Below, piece after piece: positions 53,403 through 64,000 of a stretch of 64,000 nt of DNA. Within the stretch, counting starts at the first letter, position 1; each line of letters begins with the position of its first letter. A program made the translations under genes and the position numbers. The notes under the pieces were generated by a model that was not told the DNA's origin, ran no database searches, and saw only the letters and a list, made by a program, of their open reading frames with translations. The DNA comes from Octopus vulgaris (taxonomy: Eukaryota), in the NCBI GenBank assembly GCA_951406725.2, contig OX597828.1, forward strand, positions 45,570,001 through 45,634,000, read 5' to 3'.

Positions 53403-53637
53403 TCTATTTCTTCACTACCCACAAGGGGCTAAACAGAGAGAGGACAAACAAGGACAGACAAAGGGATTAAGTCGATTACATCGACCCCAGTGCATAATTG
53501 GTACTTAATTTATCGACCCCGAAAGGATGAAAGGCAAAGTCGACCTCGGCGGAATTTGAACTCAGAACGTAGCGGCAGACGAAATACGGCTACGCATTTC
53601 GCCCGGCGTGCTAACGATTCTGCCAGCTCGCCGCCTT
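53403..53637 (-). mobile_element. SINE family C with TSD
   Basis: Single unit flanked by GTTTAGTTATC on both sides. Confidence 0.9.
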
Positions 53638-53811
53638 AGTTTAGTTATCATGATGGTCATGGTAGTGGACACTACAGTTGTGCTGAGTTTGCCCTTCTTT
53701 CTATGTTGACTGACTTCCTCTCTGCTTATCTTTCTATTTCTAGCTACGAGAAGGAGCTAAAAAGTTCCTGGCTTTGGATAAAAGAAAAATTTAGGAGGAT
53801 CATTTATTTTT

Positions 53812-54003
53812 TCACTCTTTTACTTGTTTCAGTCATTTGACTGCGGCCATACTGAAGCAACGCCTTTAGTCGAGCAAATCGACCCCAGAGCTTATTCTTT
53901 GTAAGCCTAGTACTTATTCTATCGGTCTCTTATGCCGAACCGCTAAGTTACGGAGACGTAAACACACCACTATCGGTTGTCAAGTGATGTTGGGGGACAA
54001 TCA

Positions 54004-54057
<54 letters not shown>

Positions 54058-54251
54058 TATATAAATATATATATATATACATATATACGACGGGCTTCTT
54101 TCAGTTTCCGTCTACCAAATACACTCACAAGGCTTTGGTCGGCCCGAGGCTATAGTAGAAGACACTTGCCCAAGGTTCCACGCAGTGGAACTGAACACGG
54201 GACCATGTGGCTGGTAAGCAGGCTATATACCACACAGCCACTCCTACGCCT
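53812..54251 (-). mobile_element. SINE family A
   Basis: Full family A structure; preceded by a mariner-type TIR fragment (TACGAG..AAAAGTTCCTGGCTTT) at ~53745. Confidence 0.88.
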
Positions 54252-54453
54252 ATTCGTCGCATTAGTTGAAAGACATTTTGTGGATGGAATATTTCTCTCT
54301 GTCATTTATCATATATCTTTGTTCTTGCATATTGTTTTCATTCGTCTTATATATTTTCCCCTATTCCTTATAACTAACGGTTCAGTCTGGAGACCTCGAC
54401 ATTTCTTGTCTTATTTTTTTCTTTGTGTTTATTGATCTTGCCTGCACCACTTT

Positions 54454-55113
54454 ATGTTAACAAAACCAAAAAAGAAAGAACAATTAAAAACCCTTCCCTA
54501 CATCTCTACACACAACCCACTTAACAATGAGGCCTTCAGCACCATACTACAAAGCACAGCCCTACTAAAGGGAGACCCAAAGATGAACCGGATCCTCGAA
54601 ACACACACCATCATTAAAAGTAAACGGCAACCAAAATCCTTGAAAAGGATTTTAACCCAAGCTAAACTGCACCCAACATCAACCACAAAACCAGCAGTTA
54701 GAAAATGTGGAAGGCCCAACTGCGGAATCTGTGTCATCTTAGTAGAAGGTTCAGAATTTATACTAGAACAAGGCCATCAGTTCACCATTAGAACAAACTT
54801 CACCTGTGCATCAGAAAACTTAATTTACGTCTTAACATGCGCAGGCTGCAATAGGCAATATATAGGCAATACAAAAAATAGCTTACGTAACAGGATGGCG
54901 GTGCATAAATCACAAATTAGAAACCCTGAATACCGGAAAATACCGGTAAGCGGACACATAGATAGATGTGCTGCAAATGAAAATCCGAAATTTACAACTT
55001 ACCCACTTTACAAATTCAGTGACAGCGTAACCTTCACGCAACGCCAAAATAAAGAACTTTATTTCATCAAAAAATTTAGACCAAGTTTGAACACCCTGGT
55101 CCAGGAATATTAA
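54454..55113 (+). CDS. C-terminal part of Penelope-like element ORF: Zn-finger linker + GIY-YIG endonuclease
   Basis: 219 open codons: CGRPNCGIC, FTCASENLIYVLTCAGCNRQYIGNT..LRNRMAVH..GH..KELYFIKKF..SLN; Neptune-like architecture; RT missing (5' truncated). Confidence 0.9.
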   Translation: MLTKPKKKEQLKTLPYISTHNPLNNEAFSTILQSTALLKGDPKMNRILETHTIIKSKRQPKSLKRILTQAKLHPTSTTKPAVRKCGRPNCGICVILVEGSEFILEQGHQFTIRTNFTCASENLIYVLTCAGCNRQYIGNTKNSLRNRMAVHKSQIRNPEYRKIPVSGHIDRCAANENPKFTTYPLYKFSDSVTFTQRQNKELYFIKKFRPSLNTLVQEY

Positions 55114-55360
55114 AACAAAACATTGGTCTTCCGAAAAAGAAAAAAACGAAACTCTGCCACAACCACTACGACTGCTCCCACTAACACTACCACTACTACA
55201 ACCACCGTGGTCACTGTTACTACGGCCACAGTTAGAGAATTAAAATAGTGGAAGTGGGGGCAATTACAATTTCTCAGATCCTTAAACAGTCACTCCCGCT
55301 GGCAGTGGTATATCTTAGGGAAGGAAAAATTTATAAAAAGAATTTTTTTCTCTGCGAACA

Positions 55361-55642
55361 GATCTGATTTTGATTAGTCAAAAAATTGATGACGTTTTAC
55401 CTCAGTAGTCAAGCTTGTCGCCATGCTTGATTGGTTTCCCTACAAGATACAGTTATGGGTCAGGTCTAATTCTGATTCGTTAAAAAATTTATGACGTTTT
55501 TCTTCCGTGGTCAAACTAACCAGGATACAATTATGGGTCAGATCTAATTTTGATTCGCTAAAAAATTGATGACGTTTTTCTTCCGTGGTCAAACTTGTCG
55601 TTCTGCTTGGCTGGTTTCCTAAACAGGATACAGTTGGGGGTC
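55361..55642. repeat. ~100-bp tandem repeat x3 (middle copy internally deleted)
   Basis: TCT(G/A)ATT(T/C)TGATT..AAAAAATT(G/T)ATGACGTTTT..GATACA(G/A)TT..GGGTC recurs three times. Confidence 0.85.
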
Positions 55643-56000
55643 TTTTCCTTATAATCGTTGAAGCTTGGCTTTGATTGGTTTGGAATTATATGACGTCAGT
55701 GAACAGTGCCAGAGACCACAGCTACTACTGCTTTCACAGCCACAACTTAACATAGTTTACCAAAATTACGCTAATAGTCGACAACCAAGAATCACTACTG
55801 TTGCTCCCATCGGAACACAAGGTAAAATCTATAATGAATTCCTGCACTACACTTGACAAAGCAGTAAGGAATGACTTACACCTTATAATATATTTTTCGC
55901 CTTTTCAAGAACATGGATTCTATTGAATGTATATAGCATGGACTCTATTGAATGTATGAAACAATTATGAACTATTCCATTATACTCTTTATTATAAAAA

Positions 56001-56052
56001 AATTCTTTTTGATAAGGTTCGTTATTTCAAGAACCGAAACATGTAAAAATTA
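56001..56052 (+). ncRNA. Putative minimal hammerhead, U3-A8 core
   Basis: AATTCTTT | TTGATAA | GGTTC-10nt-GAACC | GAAA | CATG | TA | AAAATT. Confidence 0.68.
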
Positions 56053-56129
56053 AAATTTATCTAATATAGTGGCATTTTCAAACTTCTTTTTAACAAATAT
56101 ATACCCACTCGTATACGACCTAATCTTAT

Positions 56130-56242
<113 letters not shown>

Positions 56243-57310
56243 GAAGAAAAATATCGCCTTGACGAAAATTCATGAAAGTTATATAAATAAATCAATAACG
56301 TAATTGTTAATCTAGATAATCAAGATGTTAACCGTCATATTAGGCAAAACAAAAAAAAAAGAGGAATACAATTCTCAGCAGGTATTAAAGATATATGAGA
56401 ATAGCGACAATTTAAACATATTTAAATTGCGATTCAATTTATGGAAGAAATATATCGATGAAGAAATACGTATTAAAAATTATATTTAATATGTTGTTAA
56501 CCTGATAAAAAAATTACATTGTTATCATTATATTAATCTCAGTTAATAAAACAATATATCATATTATAATATGATTTAAGAATTTGTTCAATTCATCTAA
56601 TAAGTAATTTTATTGAATACAAACCAAGTTTTTGGGGGATTTTCTCTCCTATTAGCTATGTTGATAGAGTAGAATGAATCTATTTTTGTTTTAAAATCGA
56701 AACCCTGCTGTTGGCTGAGGAAAATAGTTGACAGATATCTGTTAATTTGAATTTAAATAAAATTTTTTCCCTTTCCTTCTGCCATTAAAAGCGTCGCACC
56801 AGAGCTTCGCCTTCTATGAAGTCTGATCGTATATATCATCATAACGTGGATAACTATTTAAATTATTGATATTTTTTCCGTAAATATCATCGTAATTTAG
56901 ATAATTAGTTGTGAAATTAATACGACTAATCAATCAAAATATAATCTAAATAAATATTAAAAATTTAAAATTGCTACACATTCATGATACGCAGAAAAGT
57001 CACAGTTCAATGAAATTACCTGTTACAAACTCTGTTGACCAGCAATTAAATTTACACATGAATACATAAATTGCTTCCTTTAAATTATTTATATTTTTAT
57101 CAAGAGGGAGCGAGTGTGCTTATAATCTCCATAAGCCCTCTCTCATTGATGGGAATGTTACAGTTAGTGTTTAGTTTGAACGCCAGAAAATTTTTGTCTG
57201 AAAGACAAATGTGCAACAGGAAGAAGGTTCCAGTGAGTTGGTGTACTGGAGAGAAGGATCTTGAGGTGGTGCCGGGCCTGAAGAAGTAAGACATAATATG
57301 AGGGAAAATA

Positions 57311-57876
57311 TTGGGTTGTCCGGAAAGTTCGTGCCGATTTTTAAAGGAAAGAAAAAGGTCAATAAATACTTGCCATCACATTTTTAATCAACCAAATATG
57401 AACCATTCTGTTGCATAATGCGTTTCCATCTTTCCTTTAACTTGAAAATACCCTCTTCCCAGAATTAAGGGAGTTTCATGGCAAAGAATTCATCAAGCTA
57501 TCTTTTTACGTCATCCAAGGAATTGAAATTTTTACGATTAAGGCTATTCGGCAGAGATCTGAATAAGTGGAAATCCGAAGGAGCAACATCTGGTGAATGT
57601 GGAGGGTGGGGTAACACATCCCAGCCGAGCTGCAGCAATGTTTGTCTAACTCCCAAAGCATCAAGTGCCGAAAATGAACTTCCTTATCTTCCATTTTAAA
57701 GGGTTTCAGAATTAACACAGGTTATAGGAACATAAACCTTCTTCCACGAAAATATAGCTCAAACTGTGCTCTAAATGGAGTTGTAGTCAAATCCTATTTT
57801 ATGGACTCAACCATGTTCTAAGATAAGACGAAATGAATGCTACTATAAATCGGCATGAACTTTCTGGACAACTTAA
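57311..57876 (-). mobile_element. Internally deleted mariner element
   Basis: TIRs TTGGGTTGTCCGGAAAGTTCGTGCCGATTT / AAATCGGCATGAACTTTCTGGACAACTTAA; minus MEDKEVHFRHLML joined to GWDVLPHPPHSPDVAPSDFHLFRSL..GIFKLKERW. Confidence 0.92.
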
Positions 57877-58089
57877 AATCTGAGGCAATGTGTCTGTTGT
57901 GCATGCTTGGATGAAGGTAGTATGCAAATAACCAGTTCCCAAAAGCAATATCAATAACTTTCGTTATAGCAATACCTTTTCCGTTTTACCTGTGTGATAT
58001 AGAGCATGTTCTTTTATCATTAAACTTTGACCTGTATATAGATGTGTGTGTGTCTGTGTCTGTGTGTATAATATAAATATATATGTATG

Positions 58090-58150
<61 letters not shown>

Positions 58151-58170
58151 TACATATGTGTGTGCATGTA

Positions 58171-58215
<45 letters not shown>

Positions 58216-58216
58216 G

Positions 58217-58599
58217 TTGAGGCACAATGGCCTAGTGGTTAGGGAAACAGACACGCGGTCGTAGGATCGTGGTTTCGATCTCTAGTCCGGGCGTTGTGAG
58301 TGTTTATCGAATAAAAGAATGTATATTCTGTATTAGGAGCGTATTGAATTGCACACACACACATGCACACACAAACAGACACACGAGGCTCCGGCATGGG
58401 GGGTAGGGGTGGCATACCCCGCTGTACTCTTTCACCACAACTTTCTCTCACTCTTTCTTCCTGTTTCCGTTGTATCTGTAATTCAATGGAACAGCCTTGT
58501 CGCGCTGAATATCCCCGAGAACTTCGTTAAGGGTACCCATGTCTGTGGAGTACTCAGCCACTTGCACGTTAATTTGATGCGCAGGCTGTTCTGTTGATC

Positions 58600-58600
<1 letters not shown>
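58217..58600 (+). mobile_element. SINE family B with a foreign insert at 58309-58383
   Basis: GAGGCACAATGGCCTAGTGGTTAGGG head; body matches 35000-35383. Confidence 0.82.
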
Positions 58601-58630
<30 letters not shown>

Positions 58631-58632
<2 letters not shown>

Positions 58633-59037
58633 CGCAGGAGTGGATGTGTGGTAAGTAGCTTGCCTACCAACCACATGGTTCTGGGTTCCGCCCCACTGCG
58701 TGGCATCTTGGGCAAGTGTCTTCTGCTATAGCCTCGGGCCGACCAATGGCTTGTCAGTGGATTTGGTAGACGGAAACTGAAAGAAGCCTGTCGTATATAT
58801 GTATATATATGTGTGTATGTATGTGTTTGTGTGTCTGTGTTTGTCCCTCTAGCATTGCTTGACAACCGATGCTGGTGTGCTTACATCCCCGTCACTTAGC
58901 GGTTCGGCAAAAGAGACCGATAGAATAAGTACTGGGCTTACAAAGAATAAGTCCCGGGGTCGATATGCTCGACTAAAGGCGGTGCTCCAGCATGGCCGCA
59001 GTCAAATCACTGAAACAAATAAAAGAGTAAAAGAGAG
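58631..59037 (+). mobile_element. SINE family A
   Basis: Full family A structure. Confidence 0.9.
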
Positions 59038-59069
<32 letters not shown>

Positions 59070-59236
59070 CATATATGTGTGTATGTATGTATGTGTGTGT
59101 GTGTGTGTGCATGTGTGTGTATGTGTGTTATGTTCTTATAAGGATATATTTTGGTCTCGACGAAATGACGTAGATTATAAATTCAGCGTCTTGAATACAA
59201 GAATGTATATTCTGTATTAGAGCGTATTGAATTGCA

Positions 59237-59319
<83 letters not shown>

Positions 59320-60501
59320 ACACATACACACACACACACATACACACACATACACATACATACATACACACACACATATACACACATACACACACACACA
59401 CACACACACATACACACACACATGCACACACAAACAGGCACATACAGACACACACGTACGCATGTATGTATGCATTCATTTATGTATGTGTGTATGTATA
59501 CCTAGGTTTGTGTGAGCACACACAAACACACCGATATCTCGCTTAGCAATCTGCATTGTTTTTAATCATAAAAATAAAAATTTAGACGTTAATTGCTCCA
59601 AATAAATGCTAAACATTGCTAATGGTTGCTTTAAAATATCAATTACCGCAATGCGCATCGATAATATGCGTGTGACTGTTCGTCTTCTCGTTCATTCAGT
59701 TATTCGGTGAGTTTGCATGTTTAGCATGCGTGCATGCTGTGCTCATTTGATCTTCGCTAGTCTTTTGTCTTTAAACTTTTGAATTCATTCACCCTTTGAA
59801 AATGCCAACACGAAAGGATGAAGATGAGGCGGTGTGAACTATTGATTATACAAAGAAACGGAAAACAATGACATTAGAAACGAAACACGTGAAAATAAAT
59901 GAACAGAAGAAAGCTGTAAAAACCGATAAGAAATTGTTATTTAACTTCAAATTTAACTCAATCAATTGCTGACATGATTTTCAATAATAAAGATTAATAT
60001 TTGGATGAAGCTAAAAGTGCGCATTCCTTACAAATATACGAGGGTATTTTATAACGATGGAGCCAGTCGTATTCTTCACATGGAGAAGCATTTATCAACA
60101 CGGATAAATGATTACACACGGCGATTATTTACGCCATTGATCATTAATTATTAATCATCCCCAAGCTGTTATCTGTACTAAAGCCTTATTTTGATAAGGT
60201 CGAAAGTTAACATGAAGAAATATTTACTGCAAACAAATGCTACAACGAAAATCTGCGATGTGGTAGGACTTACGTTGCAATGCGTATTTTTTTTAAATAA
60301 AAAAAATGGTGGGGGAGTAAAAAAAAATTGCCGTTTACATGAAACGGATTTATTTCGGAATTACATTCCAGCAAGAAACTGCATTGGAAAAACTAAAAAA
60401 CACTGATGGCAGATTTCAACAATAATTTTTAACGCTGTTAAAGTTGGTTAATGTCATCATATAGACTCGGTATGATAATTGCTTCTATATTATAGAGGTA
60501 G

Positions 60502-60806
60502 TGGAGGCACATGGCCTAGTGGTTAGAGCAGCTGACTCGCGGTTGAGGGATCGCGGGTTCGAATCTCAGACCGAGCCATGTGTATGTTTACGAGCGAAAC
60601 ATCTAAGCTCCATGCAGCTCCGGCAGAAGGTAATGGCAGAACTTCTGCTGACTCTTTCGTCACAACTTTCTCTCACTCTTTCCTCCTGCATCTTGCAGTT
60701 CACCTGCGACGCACCAGTATCCCGTCCACGTGGGGAACCTTTATGCTAAGGAAACTGGGAAACCGGCCCTTATGAGCCAGGCGTGGCTCGAGAAGGAACA
60801 AACAAT
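60502..60806 (+). mobile_element. SINE with B-type head and a third 3' module
   Basis: GGAGGCACATGGCCTAGTGGTTAGAGCAGC..GGGTTCGAATC, CACAACTTTCTCTCACTCTT shared with family B. Confidence 0.75.
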
Positions 60807-61024
60807 TATAGAGGTGATTGTCGGTGGAGATTATAAAAGCCAATTTTGTGAATCGAATTGAAAATAAGGGCTCCGTAAAAGTTATTCTATATAAAAAAGC
60901 TAATTGTTTATTTATTGTCTGCGTATTATTCTTATAAAATACACTGAACATTCTGAGTTGTTGCTCTTTGCTTCTTAGCCATAAATGTGTTCTCTCTTTG
61001 TTTGTGGATGTCTAACTATATTAA

Positions 61025-61234
61025 TTACTGGAGATAACTTAGAACAATTGTCGTGCTGAAGACGCCAGTCAAACCTGAAACAAGCGTCATCAACCATCCT
61101 CTCTCTCCAGACAACAAGCCAGTTCCTTTATTTAATGGCATGTCAACTTCGAAGGACTTTCGATTCTTGAGAATATGTCTTCTTTTTCTCATATGAAACT
61201 GGACTCTTTTGGCATTTGATAAATGCGACAAAGC
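61025..61234 (-). CDS. Candidate terminal coding exon with hydrophobic C-terminus
   Basis: Minus: ctctgcttctacag|GCT, 69 open codons ALSHLSNAKRVQFHMRKRRHILK..WLMTLVSGLTGVFSTTIVLSYLQ*, AATAAA ~110 nt downstream (60907-60916); non-repetitive DNA. Confidence 0.5.
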   Translation of the reverse strand, partial: ALSHLSNAKRVQFHMRKRRHILKNRKSFEVDMPLNKGTGLLSGERGWLMTLVSGLTGVFSTTIVLSYLQ

Positions 61235-61516
61235 CTGTAGAAGCAGAGGTACTATTAATGAATCAGGATTTATGTTGTATGGTTTGTGATGTACCTGCAT
61301 TTGTGTGTGGATATTGTGTATACACACACATATATATGCATGTATATATATATACATATACACGCATTATGCGAGTAAGAATATATACCTACATACATAT
61401 ATATATATATATGTGTATATATATATATATATATATAATTGCAACGTGGAAGGTGTTTATAAGCCATTTAAGAAACTCACAAAAGCCGTTCGATTCACTT
61501 CAACATTTAAGTTTAA

Positions 61517-61566
61517 TTTGTCAAAATATTTTCGTCGCTAAAATCCGCGACCTGTTCACTGACAAA
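61517..61566 (-). ncRNA. Putative minimal hammerhead, G3-C8 core
   Basis: Minus: TTTGTCA | GTGAACA | G | GTCGC-8nt-GCGAC | GAAA | ATAT | TT | TGACAAA; perfect stems I and II; in a ~170-bp module next to (TA)n. Confidence 0.75.
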
Positions 61567-61982
61567 GTCCGTGCTGCATCTAAGAAAGTAACAATTAGTT
61601 CGTCATATATATGTACGTATGTATGTGTGTATGTATGCATACATGTGTGTATGTATGTACGTATGCATGTACGTACATACGCCTGTGTATGCATGTATGT
61701 ATGTATGTATGTATGTATGTATATATGTATATATGTATGTGTGAGTATATGCACGCACATACACACTATAAACATAAAGCTATAAACCTGTAGCGATGGA
61801 TAGATGTAGAGTGACCACTCATCACAATAATATCAAATTTCAACTTCCCCCGGCCGAAGCCTGGAAGTGATTTACGACCCTTACTCCCAAAACTATACCC
61901 TAAAACCTATTATCAGATATTTATCTCTATATCACAGAACTTTTGTTTTACTATTGTGCGTATGTATGTATGTATGTGCGTA

Positions 61983-62067
<85 letters not shown>

Positions 62068-63291
62068 ATTTTCAGGCGAGAGAATGTACATAGAGTATTT
62101 ACCCCAACCAACTGAAGGGGCATAAGCTCACATATGTTAACCAACATTATCAATCGGTAGAAGCGCATATCGATACCCGCTTGAATTATATATCCGCATC
62201 AACCAGATATTTTGGAAAATTGTGGAAACTAGACTACACACACACACTCACACACACATACACATATCATGATTGGGAAAATTTTCCGTTGATGTCGTCT
62301 GCGAGAAGGACATATAATTAATCGTTGTAAAAAATCTTTTAAAAGAGTAACTTTTGGTTGAATACATTAATTATGCTAACATCTGCTTCTCTAATATACA
62401 CGCATAAATATATATATGCCCACATATACACCTGTATCTGTTTACGTATTCATGAGTTTATAATCTCTGTGTGGTATAATATATATTAATATAAATATTT
62501 GATTTTCTCAGTTTTCCAATTGAGACAGATTTCTGCTATTTCTGTTTAACTGCATTAAAACCGACCAAGCAAAGAACAGCATTGTGGTTATCGACAATAT
62601 TGAAATAGAAACCAAATCTCTCCCTAAATCACATCCTACCGTCTTAACAAAGGGCAGATCGGATGTGATCTTAGATATATAGTATCTGAAAACATAAACA
62701 AAACGAGAAAAAGAAAAAAATCGAGATGAATGTCAAATGTAATCGATGATTTGTGTAGTTGTTGTTATTGTTGCTTAGGCCCCCCCCCCCAGATCAGCTC
62801 TGATCAAAAAGATCTATAATAAAAAGACGGATTATCACCAGCGAGATGCCTTTTGATCTTAAGTCTGTTTGATCAGACCTAACCTGAAGCTAAACAACAA
62901 CTTTCTAAACAACAACAACAACAACAACAACAACAGCAGCAAACTCTCTTGTTGTTGGTGATTGCTATTGACAATATGCGAACTTAAATATTTTTAACGA
63001 AGAGAGGAAGGAAAATATAGAAGCATCAAATACTTCTTCTGAATACACTGGAGGTGCAAGTCGCAACACTAGAATACATGAATACAAACATGGTAGATTG
63101 TATCGGTAAACGATAAGCTGAACTGTAGTTCTTAAAATGGTTGAAAGAGGAAAAAAAAAAAAAAAAAAACAATTCTCCGTAAAAAGGGCTCAACACGAAA
63201 TCTTATAATCCGATTTTTCCAGTATCGCTTCTCGCATTTTATTTCATACAATTTACATCAAGCATCTACTGAAGCAGGAAGTTGCGTTTTA

Positions 63292-63508
63292 TGAATGGGT
63301 GTTGAAAACTTCTTGGCTTTAAAGTTTTCACAAAAGGCCTAATTGGAAACCCAACTTTCCATGTTCTTTTACAGGGTTTAGAAAAACTGAAGGACCGCTG
63401 CAATAAGTGTGTGAATTTGAGAGGGGAATATGTTGAATGAAATTATAATTAACTGATCCTCCTGTATTTTATTTTGTACAAAGCTAGGAACTTTTTGGCA
63501 CCTAATCG
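63292..63508 (+). mobile_element. Mariner-derived MITE / deletion derivative
   Basis: TA-flanked imperfect TIRs (..AAAACTTCTTGGCTTT / AAAGCTAGGAACTTTT..); interior encodes transposase C-terminus GLEKLKDRCNKCVNLRGEYVE*. Confidence 0.75.
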
Positions 63509-63801
63509 TAGATTTACAGGCAACGCTTTTCTTTTTTAATTGTTGGATTCGGAGACAGAAACCAGGCAGTCCATGCTTTATGCAAGCTGCTCGAAAGGAA
63601 ACCGACGAGGTTGACGTTTTCACTTGAGGCTGATAGCTTTTGGAGGAAGAAAAATTTACTGGAGAAATCTGCTCCGGAGGTAAGCTTGTAGGTAAGAAGG
63701 ACAGGGTATTGAGCATCTTTGGAGATAAGAAGAGGAAGATTGAGAGTAAATTAGGAGCGTCTGACTGAAGGTAGCACGAGACCGGTTTTTGTATTATATG
63801 C

Positions 63802-63838
<37 letters not shown>

Positions 63839-64000
63839 GAGAGAGAGAGAAAGGGAGAGAGAGAGAAAGGGAGAGAGAAAGAGAGAATGGTATGTGTATG
63901 GGACAGAAGTTGGAGTGTGTCGGCAAATCAGTCCCTATTAGACAGTCGGGTTGTGCATTTTCCGAACTGAATGAACTCTAGGATCTGCGTATATACAGTA

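Noticed and set aside
57100-57290. Minus-strand acceptor with GPAPPQDPSLQY.. frame
   Set aside because: Plausible acceptor but no donor or recognisable domain; too weak to call.
63378-63926. 182-aa minus ORF
   Set aside because: Begins in a (CT)n tract and ends antisense to a mariner MITE; no recognisable domain.

Overview
AT-rich, extremely microsatellite- and transposon-dense eukaryotic DNA. The SINE repertoire and repeat landscape look like an Octopus/coleoid cephalopod genome (inference from pattern recognition, not a database hit). Almost all ORFs in the track are microsatellite or SINE artefacts. No complete protein-coding gene is visible; there are two credible minus-strand exon candidates (43931-44026; 61025-61234) and weaker ones. 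Mobile elements: three high-copy tRNA-type SINE families (working names A, B, C), an (AAT)n-tailed family (D), RTE, Tx1/L1 and other LINE relics, four Tc1/mariner relics with TIRs, a complete non-autonomous Helitron, and a Penelope-like element (PLE) with an open GIY-YIG endonuclease frame. The most interesting signal is non-coding: about a dozen loci, mostly PLE-like modules in (TA)n tracts, carry minimal type I hammerhead ribozyme motifs. They include an 8 x 88-bp tandem array with one hammerhead per monomer (1864-2560, minus strand) and core variants that preserve the tertiary 3-8 base pair by covariation (C3-G8, U3-A8, G3-C8). Ribozyme activity is predicted from motif and pairing only and is untested.
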